From: Eledone cirrhosa
Lineage: Eukaryota
NCBI GenBank assembly: GCA_964016885.1
Contig: OZ024752.1
Coordinates: 29,450,001 to 29,514,000, forward strand
Length of the DNA: 64,000 nucleotides
Direction: 5' to 3'
Made by a program: the position numbers and the translations under genes
The notes under the pieces: generated by a model
Database searches by the model: none
Told to the model about the DNA's origin: nothing
What the model saw: the letters and a program-made list of their open reading frames with translations, nothing else
Shown: piece after piece, positions 13,564 through 27,333 of the stretch
Layout: the number at the start of each line of letters is the position of its first letter
How positions within the stretch are numbered: position 1 is the first letter of the stretch

Positions 13564-14925
13564 GATGGAATCCTGTGTCAGAGAAACACTTTGGAACTTC
13601 TGGAATTCTCACAGTCTTATCCAGCCCCTGCAATTTGGATTTATCCCTAAATCCAGCTGTTGTGATCAACTTATCGAGTTTCTTGAAGACATCACCCGGA
13701 TCACTGATGGCGGCTCATGGGTGGATGTTGTTTACCTTGACTTTGCTAAAGCTTTCAATTCTGTGCCACACAAAAGACTTATGGCAAAACTCTCTGATCT
13801 TTTTAACTGGTTGAAGTCCTTCATTCTCAGTCGAAAAGAGGTAGTCACAGTTCTAGGACAACATTCTTCACCATATGAGATGTCATCTGGTGTACCACAG
13901 GGATCTGTTCTTGGTATCCTTTTGTTTGTTGGATATATTAATGACATAGATGCCAACTTAAAGAATGTCACAGCACTGAAATATGCAGATAAGATAAAAA
14001 GGGCAGATCCTGAACACTATAGATCTTTCCTGCAATCAGACCTGGAAACAATACAGCAATGGACCAGGGACTGGCAACTCAAGCTGGCTGTGAGCAAGTG
14101 TACCACCATGTATTTTGCGAGGAAAAACCCAGCATCCACATACTCCCTTCACAACACTAATATCAAGAAGTCTTCTTCTGAACGTGACCTGGGCATTACT
14201 GTCATCAGTGATTTGCATTGGACAAAGCACATCTCTAAAATTGTCAAGAAGGCCGAGGGTGTCTTAGCATCACTCAGCAAGACCTTTGTCAGCCGTTCTC
14301 CAACTATCTATTTAAAGCTGTATATAGCTATGGTGTGGCCACACTTAGAATTTGCATCACTAGTCTGGAACCCCTATCTTGCTCAGAACATTGACCTCCT
14401 GGAAACTGTTCAGAGACGTGCAACCAAGCGAATACCCTCCATCAGACACCTACCATACTCTGAATGCCTTGCTTCCCTGGGCATGGATACATTGAAGCTC
14501 TGACATCTGGTAACTGACTTGGTAAACACCCACAAATTTATTAACCATCTTGCCAACAACAACTCTGAGCACCTTTTTGAATTCCAATATGTCTAGCACA
14601 CGTGGGCATGCCTACAAAGTCAGAAAACAGCACAGCTCCCTTGACTTTCAGAAACATTTTTTCATGATCAGAGTTGCTGAAGCATGGAACAAACTACCTG
14701 CATCAGTTGTTAGCTGCTGAGACATTGCATCCTTTAAAACCTCCATGTTTCCTGAAATTCGTCAACACTACACTTGATATCCCCACTCCATACACATGCA
14801 GACATGTATATCATGACAAATACACTGTTCACTTTTCTGACATTTGTACATTATTCTATGTAGTATACATGCACCTTTGATGAGTTGTAGTGCACCTGAG
14901 CACTGTACACAATAATTTCATTATT
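13559..14925 (+). mobile_element. 5'-truncated CR1-clade LINE (RT to 3' UTR), starting at a (TA)n tract
   Basis: QFGF...VDVVYLDFAKAFNSV...SGVPQGSVLG...YAD(K)...LETVQRRATK; decayed YADD motif and premature stop. Confidence 0.93.
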
Positions 14926-15525
14926 ATATATGTGTTTTTATATAGGCAAGTTACTGTCTGCTATCTTTAATTGTTATATATTAATTGTCAATCATCTACT
15001 TTTTATTTCTTCTTCAGAATGTTTGAAGAACATAATTAAGTAAAACCTATGAATAATATATATTTAACATCAATTTGACTTTTGATCTGTCATCTAAACT
15101 AAGCAATTATTTAAATTTTGAGATTGCTCAGCAGTAGAAGCAATCTGCTTGAATATTTTAAGACTAAGTTTTGTCTTAGAAAAAAATATCAAAGTTTGTC
15201 CATTAATTGTATATTTTCTGTAGAATTTCAAAGTTCCTGGTTAGTGAAAACCAGGAATTTTTATTATTCAGAATCAACTCCAGTACTTTACAGGTACTTT
15301 TTATCAACCTTAAGTGGATGAAAGGCAAAGTTGTCCTCGGCAGAATTTGAACAGAGAAAGGAGCATAGAGTCGAAACAAATGCTGCAAAGCATTCTATCC
15401 AATGTTCTAATGACTCTGCCAATTTACAGCCTACAATATTGTTTAGGTTATAGTAAAACAACATAATTGGCACCTTTGTACTTCTTAGATCTGGTTTGTA
15501 TTCTAAAGTTCTACTTTAGATCACT

Positions 15526-15754
15526 TTAACCATTTAGCATTTAAACCAACCGTATTCAACCAGAATTCTCTCACCTCTTTCTGTTCAAAATGGCTGTAAC
15601 CTGCCACTCATACTGATGTTAAGGTATTGTTCTCAAAATAAATAATATCAAAATCTCATAGATTCGATATTATGTAAGATAATTATGTGAGGTAAAGCCT
15701 TTACCATGAAAATATTATAGTATATATAGAGTAATGTAAATATCAAAGGGTTAA
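15526..15754. mobile_element. piggyBac-like MITE; other copies at 41354-41570 and 47458-47671
   Basis: TTAA-CC(C/A)TTTAG ... AAAGGG-TTAA termini shared among three copies. Confidence 0.65.
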
Positions 15755-16795
15755 AGTTCTACTTTAGATCACTTTAAAGTAGATCATAACTATGAAATAC
15801 CTGTAGAAAGTAATCGGAAGAACATGGTACCAATAAAACATTTAGAAAGGTGTGGAAAAGGATTTCATATTTCTTAACTCTTTTCCTGATCTCTATTTTT
15901 TCTAACAAAGAATTCCAACAATTCCTGTGTTTATATACTCAATACCCACACCATATATTACTTAGTTATTTCCTATGATTTAATCCAAAGAAAACAACTT
16001 CTACCCTAATATTAGGTCACCTATTAGTTTTGGAATAAGTTTCCAGATACTCCCTCTTAATTATTTTCCCAAGAAAAAGTAAAAAAATAACGAAACACTA
16101 CATCTGATATCTTGGTTCTCAGCCAACTTGGTCTTACACAAAACTTTAGTAAAAAAGAGTTTGGTTAATAGTTTCATAGCATTGACAAGGTAACAAGAAA
16201 ACAAATGCCGGATTTCCTTAAACTGTTCTATTTGTAATAAATTCAGTGTTTACATTTGTTTGTTTTTAAGAAGCTCACAACTAGAAAGTGATGTACATAC
16301 ATATCTTTGGCGCTATGCAGTAATACACAAGACATATCTTCCCTTGCACACAGACTCAAACTTACACCCAGGAGGCACCACTTAATCCACTATACCCCCC
16401 CCCCCCCCCTCCCACTCCTGCCCACACCACCCTTACCCTGCAAAGTTATGTTGGTATCACAGTCATGACAAAAAGCACCCAGCACACACTGTAAATGTGG
16501 TTGGTGTTAGGAAGGGCACCCAGCCATAGAAATCTATCCAGAAACAGTCCTATATGAGCAAAACACGGTCACCCGGTCCAACTTACCTCTAATGGGACAA
16601 ACCTGTCTAACCCTTGCTAGCATGAAAAATAGATGTTAAACGATGATGATGATGATATACACATGCACATACACATACAAAAGTCCCGTCAGTGTAACTA
16701 CACATATTTATTATTCATAAACACACACGCACACACATATATATAAAGGGAGATAGGCTGACAGATCTCTGTTTCAAGAATCCAATATTCATAAT

Positions 16796-16884
16796 TTTCA
16801 ACAAGCAAAGGGAGTGCTAAGCTCTGAGGAATACCAACAGTATGAAACAGATCTGTCAGCTTATCTCCCTTTGTTTGTTGAAAA
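16796..16884 (+). ncRNA. Type I hammerhead ribozyme, family B, with long stem I
   Basis: TAAGCT-CTGAGGA-ATAC caaca GTAT-GAAAC-AGATCT-GTC|AGCTTA; stem I extends through TTTTCAACAAGCAAAGGGAG / CTCCCTTTGTTTGTTGAAAA. Confidence 0.9.
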
Positions 16885-17034
16885 AAGAAGTAAAAGTAAG
16901 TGACATAGTCACTATTTTAAAACAATAGTGTAAGGTCTTCAAAATGCTTTTAATTAAGCATACAGTGTATTGCAAAATACACTGTATATACATTCATATA
17001 TACATCGCTATTTCAGAGCACCAATTCTAATTTT

Positions 17035-17068
<34 letters not shown>

Positions 17069-17072
17069 TATA

Positions 17073-17371
17073 TCATCATTTCATTTTACGTCCGTTTTTC
17101 CCTGCTTGCAAGGGTGGGATGGGAACAGATTCTGGCTTGATTTCTACAGCTGGATGCCCTTCCTAACACTAACCTCATTTACAGTGAGTGCTGTGTGCTT
17201 TTTTGCCGTGGCACCTCCACGACCACTTTTCAGTGGAATGATATGGACCCCAGTCCCTATCATCTCATTTCTACAGCTGAGGAAACTGGAGCAATGTGAA
17301 ATAAAGTGTCTTGCTCAAGGAAACAACACATCACCCGGTCTGAGAATTGAACTCACAACCTTTCGATTGCA
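17073..17371 (-). mobile_element. tRNA-derived SINE with RTE-like 3' tail, head truncated
   Basis: Near-identical to 25349-25685. Confidence 0.85.
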
Positions 17372-17946
17372 AAACATATATATATATGTCTAACCTGATT
17401 AGTTTTTTCGTTGTTTTGGTATTGTATGGGTGGGTTTTGCCTGCCGCAATTTTCAATTTGTCAAGCTATCTAAACATATGTTATTAATCTGAGGGCCTAC
17501 CCTTATTGAGTGCTTTGCTACTCATTCCTAATTGTAGGTCGATTTTGCTTGGCCGCAGTCAATGCTTCGATTTTACTAATCTTCCACTTGTATATATATA
17601 TATATATGGCCTTTTTAACTTATGTTTATAGCTCTGGTATATTCATATCCATTGAGTGCAACACAATTCAGAAGTTGCGTTTCACTACTTTCTACTCGCC
17701 GAAATGCGATTCTCGCTAAATGTATATTTATATATATATATATATATATGTAAACGGACATTATTATTATTAATATTATTATTATTATTCTCTACATTCC
17801 TTACATCAAACTAAAATATGTTGACAATCTTTTATTAATGTCTTCCTTGTGAAATTTGTGGTCTTGTTTTGCTTAACTAATGAATATTTATTTATATATA
17901 TATATATAGAAATTACATGAATCACAGTTCTGTTTAAATCATTTAT

Positions 17947-17995
17947 TTGCTTACAGTTGTTTCTTACAAACCGAGGTGTGGAGTCTTCGGAGCAA
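17947..17995 (-). ncRNA. Degenerate hammerhead ribozyme
   Basis: TTGCT-CCGAAGA-(decayed stem II)-GAAAC-AACT-GTA|AGCAA. Confidence 0.5.
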
Positions 17996-18443
17996 TTATT
18001 CAGTGATTTTTTACATACTTGACCTCCTTTCCAACACAAGAGACATATAGAAACATATGTATATATTGACTCACAGTGGGTTGACATCCATTATAATAAT
18101 ATAGCATGGCAATTTACATACAAAGATTACAGTCATATTAAAGGACAAAATATATATAACTATAAAAGGTTTTAGTATATACATAACCATAAATAGTATC
18201 CTTAATACTATATATATATATATATTTTCATAGACTGCAACTATTGGATTTAGTCATTCATATCGACTTTAATACTTATTTTTTCAGCCTCCCATACCAG
18301 ACACACATATATATATGTATGTATATACATTTATGTTTACAAAAAAAAAAAAGCCCTCTATAAATGGTATAGAGTTTATATTTATTGGGGATCAATTAGT
18401 GATTCACAGTATTGTTAAAGTTGTTCCCTGCACATAAAACACT

Positions 18444-18511
<68 letters not shown>

Positions 18512-18515
18512 TTTC

Positions 18516-18548
<33 letters not shown>

Positions 18549-18550
18549 TA

Positions 18551-19160
18551 TGTCAGGTCACCACTTGGTGCTACTGGTAACATGTATCCCAGTACAACCT
18601 GTCTCATGGTCGGGTCGTTGGCGACTAAACTGGCAACCCCACCAAGGTTTCTTGGTGAGGAGGGTGACTTTGGACATCCTGCAGGACTAAAAACAAAACC
18701 TGTCGAAGGGCAAAGGAGCTCTTAAGAGTCAATGGCCATCCAAAATCACTGGGAGAGATGACCCCTTAGCCTTTGTCAAGGCAGAATTCTAAGAGAAGGA
18801 AAACTCTGATATAACACCTGCAACCCTGATGGTATCCAATGATGTTGACTTGTTCTTCTTTTTGGTAAATATCATCTTGGTTAAGAGAGTGGGACTGGCT
18901 TTGTGCAGTGCCTTTGCTCACTATAAAAGCTTCACAGCACAGGCATTGCTTTATATCTGGAGATCTCTCTGCACTTGTCATCAAATGGTACCATGGGCCC
19001 AGCACTATGTGTCAATAATTGTCACAAGTGTAGTGTTTGTACCAGAGTTTTCAAGTCGCTGGCTGGACTAAAAAGTCACACTCGTTCAGCGCATCGGTAG
19101 GGGTTCTCCTACATGGATATAAAGTAGTAGCCGTACTCGAAAACGAGTTGGCAGCCACCA
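18551..19160 (+). mobile_element. Internally deleted RTE-like element (5' UTR joined to 3' end)
   Basis: 5' UTR-like GAGAAGGAAAACTCTGAT motif; terminal C2H2 finger CSVCTRVFKSLAGLKSHTRSAH* at ~19020-19100; (TA)n on both sides. Confidence 0.55.
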
Positions 19161-20674
19161 TATATATATATATATATGAGTTTTTGAGATTAGTTATTGC
19201 AAAAGTAATTTAAAATTTCTGGGCAATTAACCCCATCTTTCTTTGATGTAAAAGATCAGAACCATAAAAAAAATTAAATGTTAGGAATTTGGTGTGAAAA
19301 GGGAAATCACATACTGTTTTGGAATGAAATTTCCATTATAGATAAAGAACCAGAGTGGAAACACAGTGAAAAAAATCAAAGGCGCAATATTATATGTGAG
19401 TATCAGGTAACTTAATCACTGCCTATTACAGAGCTTAGTATAGTATAACTAATGTTACTAAACTAAATTGAAATATTGTGTAATATTAGTAATAGAAAAA
19501 TGTTGAAAATCAGCATTAGTACTAAAAGCTTTGATTTCCAAAAGATATTTGAATATATTGAAATAGGAATAGCTAGAAATGATTTCCTAGCAAAATAACC
19601 AAGTGGTCATAAAAATGTTGTGAGTAAATATTTCAGAAATGTTAAATTAGGAAATAGTTTTGGTAAACCTTAGTTTTAGGGCAATAGTTCCATCCCATAA
19701 TATTGGTTTTTGATTTAGGCACAAAGCCAACAATTTTGTGGGAGGGAAACGTCGATTAAATCGACCATAGTGCATTATGGTACTTTATTTTATTGACCCT
19801 GTGAGGATGAAAGGCAAAGCTAATCTCAGCAGGATTTGAAAACACAAAGGGACGTAACTCTATGCCACAAAGCATGTTGTCTGACGTTCTACTGATACAA
19901 TATTTTATTTCCTTTTCAGTTTATAAAAACGATAGATGTTATATACAGTAAATCATTAGGATATTGTCATAGATTTTCTACATGGAACTAATCTCAGCAT
20001 TTCTGGAACATTTCTAAACATGGCGAAGCCCATCTCTTCTTCACATCTGAATACAGCAGATTTCTTTGAGAGAAGTATAGAGAGAGTGAGTAAATGGAAA
20101 TGAGAAAGAGATATAAAGGGAGAATCAAACCCAGTATTAGACTGGTACCTTTTTTATCCATCTTGAATGGATGAAAGGCAAAGTTGACCTTGGCAGGATT
20201 TGAACTCAGAGAGTAGAGAGTCAGAACAAATACCACAAAGCATTCTATCTGATGTTCTAATGACTCTGTCAATTCGCCACGTGTAACAGAAAAATAAGAA
20301 TCCCTAAACCAAAAAGAGACTAATGTTTTGGTCTATTTTCTACAATCTCTTTTATGCACATAATCTTATATGACTGACAATTACTGACTTCTACATAGAA
20401 ATTTTTATTTAACATATGGCTAACAAACTCTTTCTTCACCCACCTACATTTCCTGCTATTATTTCTAATCTGTTGGTAAATACAGCTTAAGCATCTTTCA
20501 TGACCCCCCCCCCTTTCTTTTCACAACTCAATTTCACAATTCTCTTAGCAAGAATTCTTGTTAATAAGTTACTGCCATCTGTCACACTTGCTAATGCTCG
20601 GCTGACATATAAATTTCCCTTTCTAATCAGTGTGTCCTAAAATTAACTCTTATGTAAAATAGCAATGCAGCAAA

Positions 20675-21000
20675 CTAACCAACAGACCAACCAATTAACC
20701 AACCAGCCAACAAATCAGTCAACCAACAAACTAACCAACAGACCAACCAATTAACCAACCAGCCAACAAATCAGTCAACCAACAAACTAACCAACAGACC
20801 AACCAATTAACCAACCAGCCAACAGACCAATCAAACAACTATCCATCCACCCAACCAACAGAATAACCCACCAACCAACAGACCAACCTACCAAGCAACC
20901 TACCAACCAATAGACCAACCTACCAAGCAAGCAGCCAGTCAACCAACCAACCAGCCAACAAACCAGCCAACTAGCCAACTAGCCAACCAACCAACCTACC
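20675..21000. repeat. (ACCA)n-rich degenerate microsatellite
   Basis: Direct reading. Confidence 0.9.
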
Positions 21001-21239
21001 AATACAATAATTAACTCACATATTGTATAAGCCATACTTATTTAAAAAATTTGAGTTCAAAATAATAATTACTTAGACAATTATTAAATGGTTTGAGAAG
21101 AAATATTATACATTTCTAAAGTGGAATGATTATTTTTAATAGTGAAGTATAAAACAAACCTATCAAGTGCAAGTTGAAGATCATCTTCTGTCGAGTTGGA
21201 GTAACATTACTCGATAATGTCCATAAGCTGGAGATCAGA

Positions 21240-21580
21240 GAGTGACTCAAGATAGAGCCGCTATTTCTCAGAATTGAGAGATCAGAGCTCCAATACTACG
21301 GGCATATGGTTAGAATGTCTTAGGAAAGAATCGCTGGACAGATTTTATGGGTGAAACCAACAGGTAAGAGACCCAGGGATAGACCCAAAGCAAGATGGTT
21401 GGATAACATCCATGAGCTTGGCTGGTCTCGCTTGGGGATCCAGCCGGATCAGTTGGAGACGGTTGTTTCTGACACGACCTACTGAAAGGAGTGTTTGAGG
21501 ACTCTGCCTCCACCACCCTCTCAGGAATAAGTGGGCGAAGAAGAAGAAGAAGAAGAAGAAGAAGAAGAAGAAGAAGAAGA
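21240..21580 (+). mobile_element. RTE LINE 3' end with (GAA)n tail; related copy at 35150-35420
   Basis: QLQYYGHMVRM followed by GKRPRDRP-like coding remnant and a (GAA)n tail. Confidence 0.7.
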
Positions 21581-22259
21581 AAACATTGCATATTTGTTTG
21601 TTTTACCAATTTGACTGTTTCTGAGTAGGAATAACAATAATCTCCCCAAATTCTAATTATTGTATTTAACTCCCACATGGGTTAAGATAGAGAATTAGAT
21701 TTTTCAAATTTGTTAATTAATTTTATTTATTTATTTAAGTTGAGTTCAAATCTCATATGAGTTAACTTAGCTGTTGATTCCACTGAGGTTTGATAAAATA
21801 AATATTAGTAATATAATGTGCTTGATTCAATCTACTCTACAACGTTTTAGTGTTAATTAATCTTATTCAGAGTCTAAAGAAATCAATATTATTTATTTAA
21901 GTAACTAACTGCAAATTATTCAATTTTATTATTTATTGTAGGTTCTGAAATTTGAATAAAACTGGATATTGAAACTGTTTACTTCCATTCTAATATAATG
22001 TACAATCATACTCTTGGGAAAACAGTAATTTAAAAAAAGCTGCTGATTTCAACAAAAGGGAAATGTAACATTTCTTTTTAAATATTTTGCTGGGATTGCA
22101 AAGCTTTTTATGCAATAAAATACCTTTCAATAAGGATATGACAAACTTAACTTCTTTCAATAGCTTTGAGACAAATTAACCAGACATAACAGTATTTACA
22201 TATGAACAATGCCCAGCGAAAACCTTCAAAACCATACACACTATAAACACAGCCATTAT

Positions 22260-22690
22260 ATATCATCATCATCATCATTTTACATCTGTTTTCCCCTGCT
22301 TGCAAGGGTTGGACGGGTCCTATTCAGCAGAGCATCTCTCCACTTGTCACGATCCTTCGTCATCTCCTTGGTGAGTTTCAGGGATCTGCGGTCTGCTCTC
22401 ACCACCTCCGCCCATGTTTTACGTGGTCCATGTTTTACCTCTACTGCGTCTTCCTTCTACTGGGATTTCTTGGCACTTCTTCACCCAGCGGTCATCCTCC
22501 ATGCACATCACATGTCCATACCATCTCAGCCTTCTCTCCTGCACACCACAACTTATCCCTCTTATACCCAGTTTCTTTCTCAACTCGTCTATGCTTGGTC
22601 GTTCACGCACATGGGCATTGCACATCCAACGGAACATACTTGCTTCATTTCTCTCCAGCCATCGCATATCTTCTGCAGTTGATCGACTTT
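22260..22690 (-). mobile_element. RTE LINE 3' fragment; its tail is shared with the SINE at 25349
   Basis: LERNEASMFRWM...ERRLRWYGHVM; tail CCCTTGCAAGCAGGG..(GAT)n. Confidence 0.85.
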
Positions 22691-23045
22691 CATGAAATTG
22701 GACCAAGGAAACAATGTTTCCATTGGTCTTTCTAATTGCTAATACTCTCTATCGGTCGCAACTCCAGGTAGAAGGAACAATGCCTGGTCCAGGAACTGAA
22801 CTCACAACCCTGAGGTTGTGAATCCAATTCTCTAACCACTCAGCCACGTTCCTTCACTATATATAAAAAAGTGAATTCAGTTTGAAACTGGTTAGACCAT
22901 TACTCAATACAGTACCTGAAACTTGGGGTAGTAGAGTAGCTGTGTTCCACAAAGAAACTTGCCTCAGGCATGTGCCTCATAGTGGAACATTCTAGGTACA
23001 AATCTCATGATCATTTGTGACCGATGGGGGTCTTTATCCTTTTAC

Positions 23046-23084
<39 letters not shown>

Positions 23085-23125
23085 ATAGTAATAAATGGAA
23101 AATATATCACTATGGCATCATCATT

Positions 23126-23185
23126 TATTTCGTTATATATATTTCAAGGATATTAAATCATAGTATGCCTTCTTCAGACAAAATA
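23126..23185 (-). ncRNA. Minimal type I hammerhead ribozyme, family A
   Basis: TATTTTGT-CTGAAGA-AGGCATACTA..TAATATCCTT-GAAAT-ATAT-ATA|ACGAAATA; G-C covariation in stem I relative to the other copies. Confidence 0.78.
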
Positions 23186-23258
23186 CAATATTAGATGTAT
23201 AAAATGTTATGTGACATACTCATAAAAGCGATCACATATATATATGTAAATATATATA

Positions 23259-23322
<64 letters not shown>

Positions 23323-23327
<5 letters not shown>

Positions 23328-25137
23328 TCATCATCATCATCATCATCAGGTTTAGCGTCCGTGTTCCACGCTTGCATGGGTTTGGACGGGGGTTTTCCCA
23401 CTTGAGGCAAGAGTGGTTGTCTTGCTCGCATAGGACTGTCTGGCGGGTTTTCTACAGTTGGATGCCCTTCCTAACACCAACCACATTTACAGTGTGGGGC
23501 TGGGAGGTTTTTACCGTGTTGCCTACACGGCCACATTACAGCGTGGACTGTCTGGCGGGTTTTCTACAGCTGGATGCCCTTCCTAACACCAACCACATTT
23601 ACAGTGTGGGGCTGGGAGGTTTTTACCGTGTTGTCTACACGGCCACATGTTTTTTGTCGTGACACCTACACGATCTCATTTGTTTCGGCCTGGATGTTGT
23701 GGGACCAACATAACTGTACATTGAAAGGGGCGGTGTGGATGGGGTGGAGGTGGTGGGACGGGGGTGTGGGGGGGTGTGGGGTGTTTTGATAGAGATGCCT
23801 ACTGGCTGTAGTAGGTTTTTACTTTGTATTTAGGTAAGGCGGGTCTTCTCTATTACTGAGTACCGCCAAAGGTCTCGGTCCAGTGACATTGTCTTGGAGA
23901 GGTGTAAGCGTGTGAGGTCGGAATTTATCAGCTCGTCCCATGTTTTTCTGGGTCTGCCTACTCCGTGGCTACCGTCTATCTTTATTGCCCTGCACTTTGT
24001 TATACAGCTGTCGTCTTTCATGCGCATCACGTGACCGTACCAACGTAGCCTTCTCTCGAGTAAACAACATCTGATCCCTCTTATTTCTAATTTTTTCCTT
24101 AGTTCGTTTATGCTTTGTCGTTCACGTATATTACTATTACACATCCAGCGGAGCATGCAAGCTTCGTTCCTCTCTAGTCTGCGTATATCCTCTGCACACA
24201 ATGCCCAGGTCTCACTGCCATGCAGCATTACTGTTCGTATGCAGGCATCGTATAACCTGCCTTTCATTTTTAGGGAGAACCCTCTAGCGGCTAATAGTGG
24301 TATAAGCTCTCTGAACTTTTTCCATCCAGTTCTGACTCTAGCTACTGTACTTTCAGAGCACCCTCCCCCACTGCTGATTTTGTCACCCAGGTAACGGAAG
24401 CTGTCCACTATTTCTATAGAACCCTCTGCGCAGTTGAAGGAGCTAGTATTTTGTGGGCACTTGCTGCTACTTATTGCACCAGAGCACCGGCCACATGTAA
24501 AATCTATGTTCTTAGTTAGCTTACCTGTGATCCCACTACATCTTTTATGCACGCATACTTTGCATTTGGGACATAAAATGGAGTTTCTACCTACGCCTTT
24601 CCTACACACTGAGCATGGCCATTTCCCAGATGGGACTGCCGCCATATTTTCTTTCCTACAAACTAGAACTTTTGTCTTAGCCAGGTTAATTTTAAGGCCT
24701 TTTGATTGTAGGCCGTGCTTCCATGTTTGGAATTTCTTCTCTAGTTCGGTCATTGATTCAGCTATGAGCGTTAGATCATCTGCGTATAGGAGTTCCCATG
24801 GGCAGCCGGTCTTGAACTCCTCTGTTATAGCCTGAAGGGCAATAATAAATAGTAGGGGGCTAAGAACAGAGCCCTGATGGACACCAACTTTTACGCTAAA
24901 CTCTTCACTATATTCGTTGTTAATTCTAACCTTACTGACTGTTTCTTTATACATGGCTTGTATAGCTCTCACAAGCCATTCGTCAACACCTAGTTTTCTA
25001 AGAGACCACCAGATAATGGAACGGGGGACTCTGTCGAAGGCTTTCTCCAAGTCGACGAAAGAGGTACTTCTCCTATAGTTGTCGTACAATGAAAAGAGCG
25101 TCTGTGGTACTTTTGCCTGACACAAACCCGAACTGCA

Positions 25138-25140
<3 letters not shown>
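23323..25140 (-). mobile_element. 5'-truncated RTE LINE, RT domain nearly intact
   Basis: FVDLEKAFDRVPR...GVHQGSVLSPLLF...LLYADDL...RRLRWYGHVMRM; 3' UTR with internal duplication and (GAT)n tail. Confidence 0.95.
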
Positions 25141-25202
<62 letters not shown>

Positions 25203-25222
25203 TACATACATACATACATACA

Positions 25223-25685
<463 letters not shown>

Positions 25686-25865
25686 TATATATATATATTT
25701 AAGTGTATACAGATATTAAATAAAAACTGAGACATAAAATAGGAAATATGCTCCATCAAATTAAAGTTGTTTACTGATAGCTTTTAAGTTTTTTGAAATA
25801 GCTATAAATGCTAAATTCTCCTATTATTTCCTAGAATATTTTCTAACAATACCTTCAATAAACGT

Positions 25866-25901
<36 letters not shown>

Positions 25902-26775
25902 GCACACGTTTATATTTGTTTACACATCCCTTAAAAGCATATTTCCAGATTTTTCTTTATTTTTAGATTCACTTAACTCCTGATGCAGACGATCATAATT
26001 CAGTAAATATTTGATATTGTATTCTTTATATCTCATAAGAGATTTCTAATGAATTGATCCAAAATAGAGTATAGTCACTCAATAGATCTTTACTTCTGTC
26101 TAGTCAATTAGAAATGTTTATTTTATCGTTCATTACTTGTGTCAAGATTGGTTTTCTTGCTGAAAGACAACAAAACATCCCTTTTTTTTTTGTTGTGGTT
26201 ATTGCTTTCTCTGAAATTAGGTGACATTTTCTATTCTATAAATGTATATTATATTTTAACTGTTGGTGGCTACTATTCCAAGTTACTGATTTAATTGTTT
26301 ACATTTTTATATTTTTATACAATTTTATGTAGAAATACTTTTGTTTTTGTCCCATTTTTAAATGCTAAACAAATTTTGTTTTGGCAGAATTATATATATA
26401 TATTTAAAAAAAAATCTTTTAATTCAAAAGCTAGCTTGAGAGAAACCCCAAACTTTGATAGTATTTCATTTGTTGCGTATTATGAAAGCAAGTATCATAT
26501 AAATATTTTATCACAGATGAAGTTAGACATATCTCACTTCAAAACAAAAATAGGAAAAAAAGCAAAAGCCAAAGAGAAAATGATGCATAGAATTAAAAAA
26601 AAAATACCAGACAGATTTATCGATAACTAATGTACATTGAAGAATCTGGATTAAATAATTAAGTGAACTTGAAATATAATTCTAGTTATAGAACAGTTAG
26701 AAAGTAGCAGGCATAACTCAAACCACTTAAAGATTCTATTTATAAAACACATTTGTACAATATAATCATTTGCTT

Positions 26776-26877
26776 GAGCTTCTGTGATGAGATATATATA
26801 TCTACTAATGGATTATGAGCTTCTGTGATCAGATATATATATATATATCTACTAATGGATTATGAGCTTCTGTGATC

Positions 26878-26911
<34 letters not shown>

Positions 26912-26938
26912 ACTAATGGATTATGAGCTTCTGTGATC

Positions 26939-26980
<42 letters not shown>

Positions 26981-27154
26981 ACTAATGGATTATGAGCTTC
27001 TGTGATCAGATATATATATATATATCTACTAATGGATTATGAGCTTCTGTGATCAGATATATATATATATATATATATATATCTACTAATGGATTATGAG
27101 CTTCTGTGATGAGATATATATATATATACTAATGGATTACGAGCTTCTGTGATC

Positions 27155-27198
<44 letters not shown>

Positions 27199-27333
27199 TA
27201 ATGGATTATGAGCTTCTGTGATCAGATATATATATATATATATATATACTAATGGATTATGAGCTTCTGTGATCAGATATATATATATATATATATATAC
27301 TAATGGATCAGATATATATATACTAATGGATTA
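26776..27333. repeat. Compound VNTR: constant ~30-bp unit plus variable (TA)n
   Basis: TACTAATGGATTATGAGCTTCTGTGATCAGA followed by (TA)n, ~11 units. Confidence 0.95.

Noticed and set aside
17483-17565. CTGAGGG-GCCTAC..GTAGGT-CGA hammerhead-like fold
   Set aside because: Core deviates at A9 and at GAAA; not supportable from one copy
26776-27333. CRISPR-like repeat/spacer appearance
   Set aside because: The spacers are only (TA)n, there are no cas genes and the context is eukaryotic
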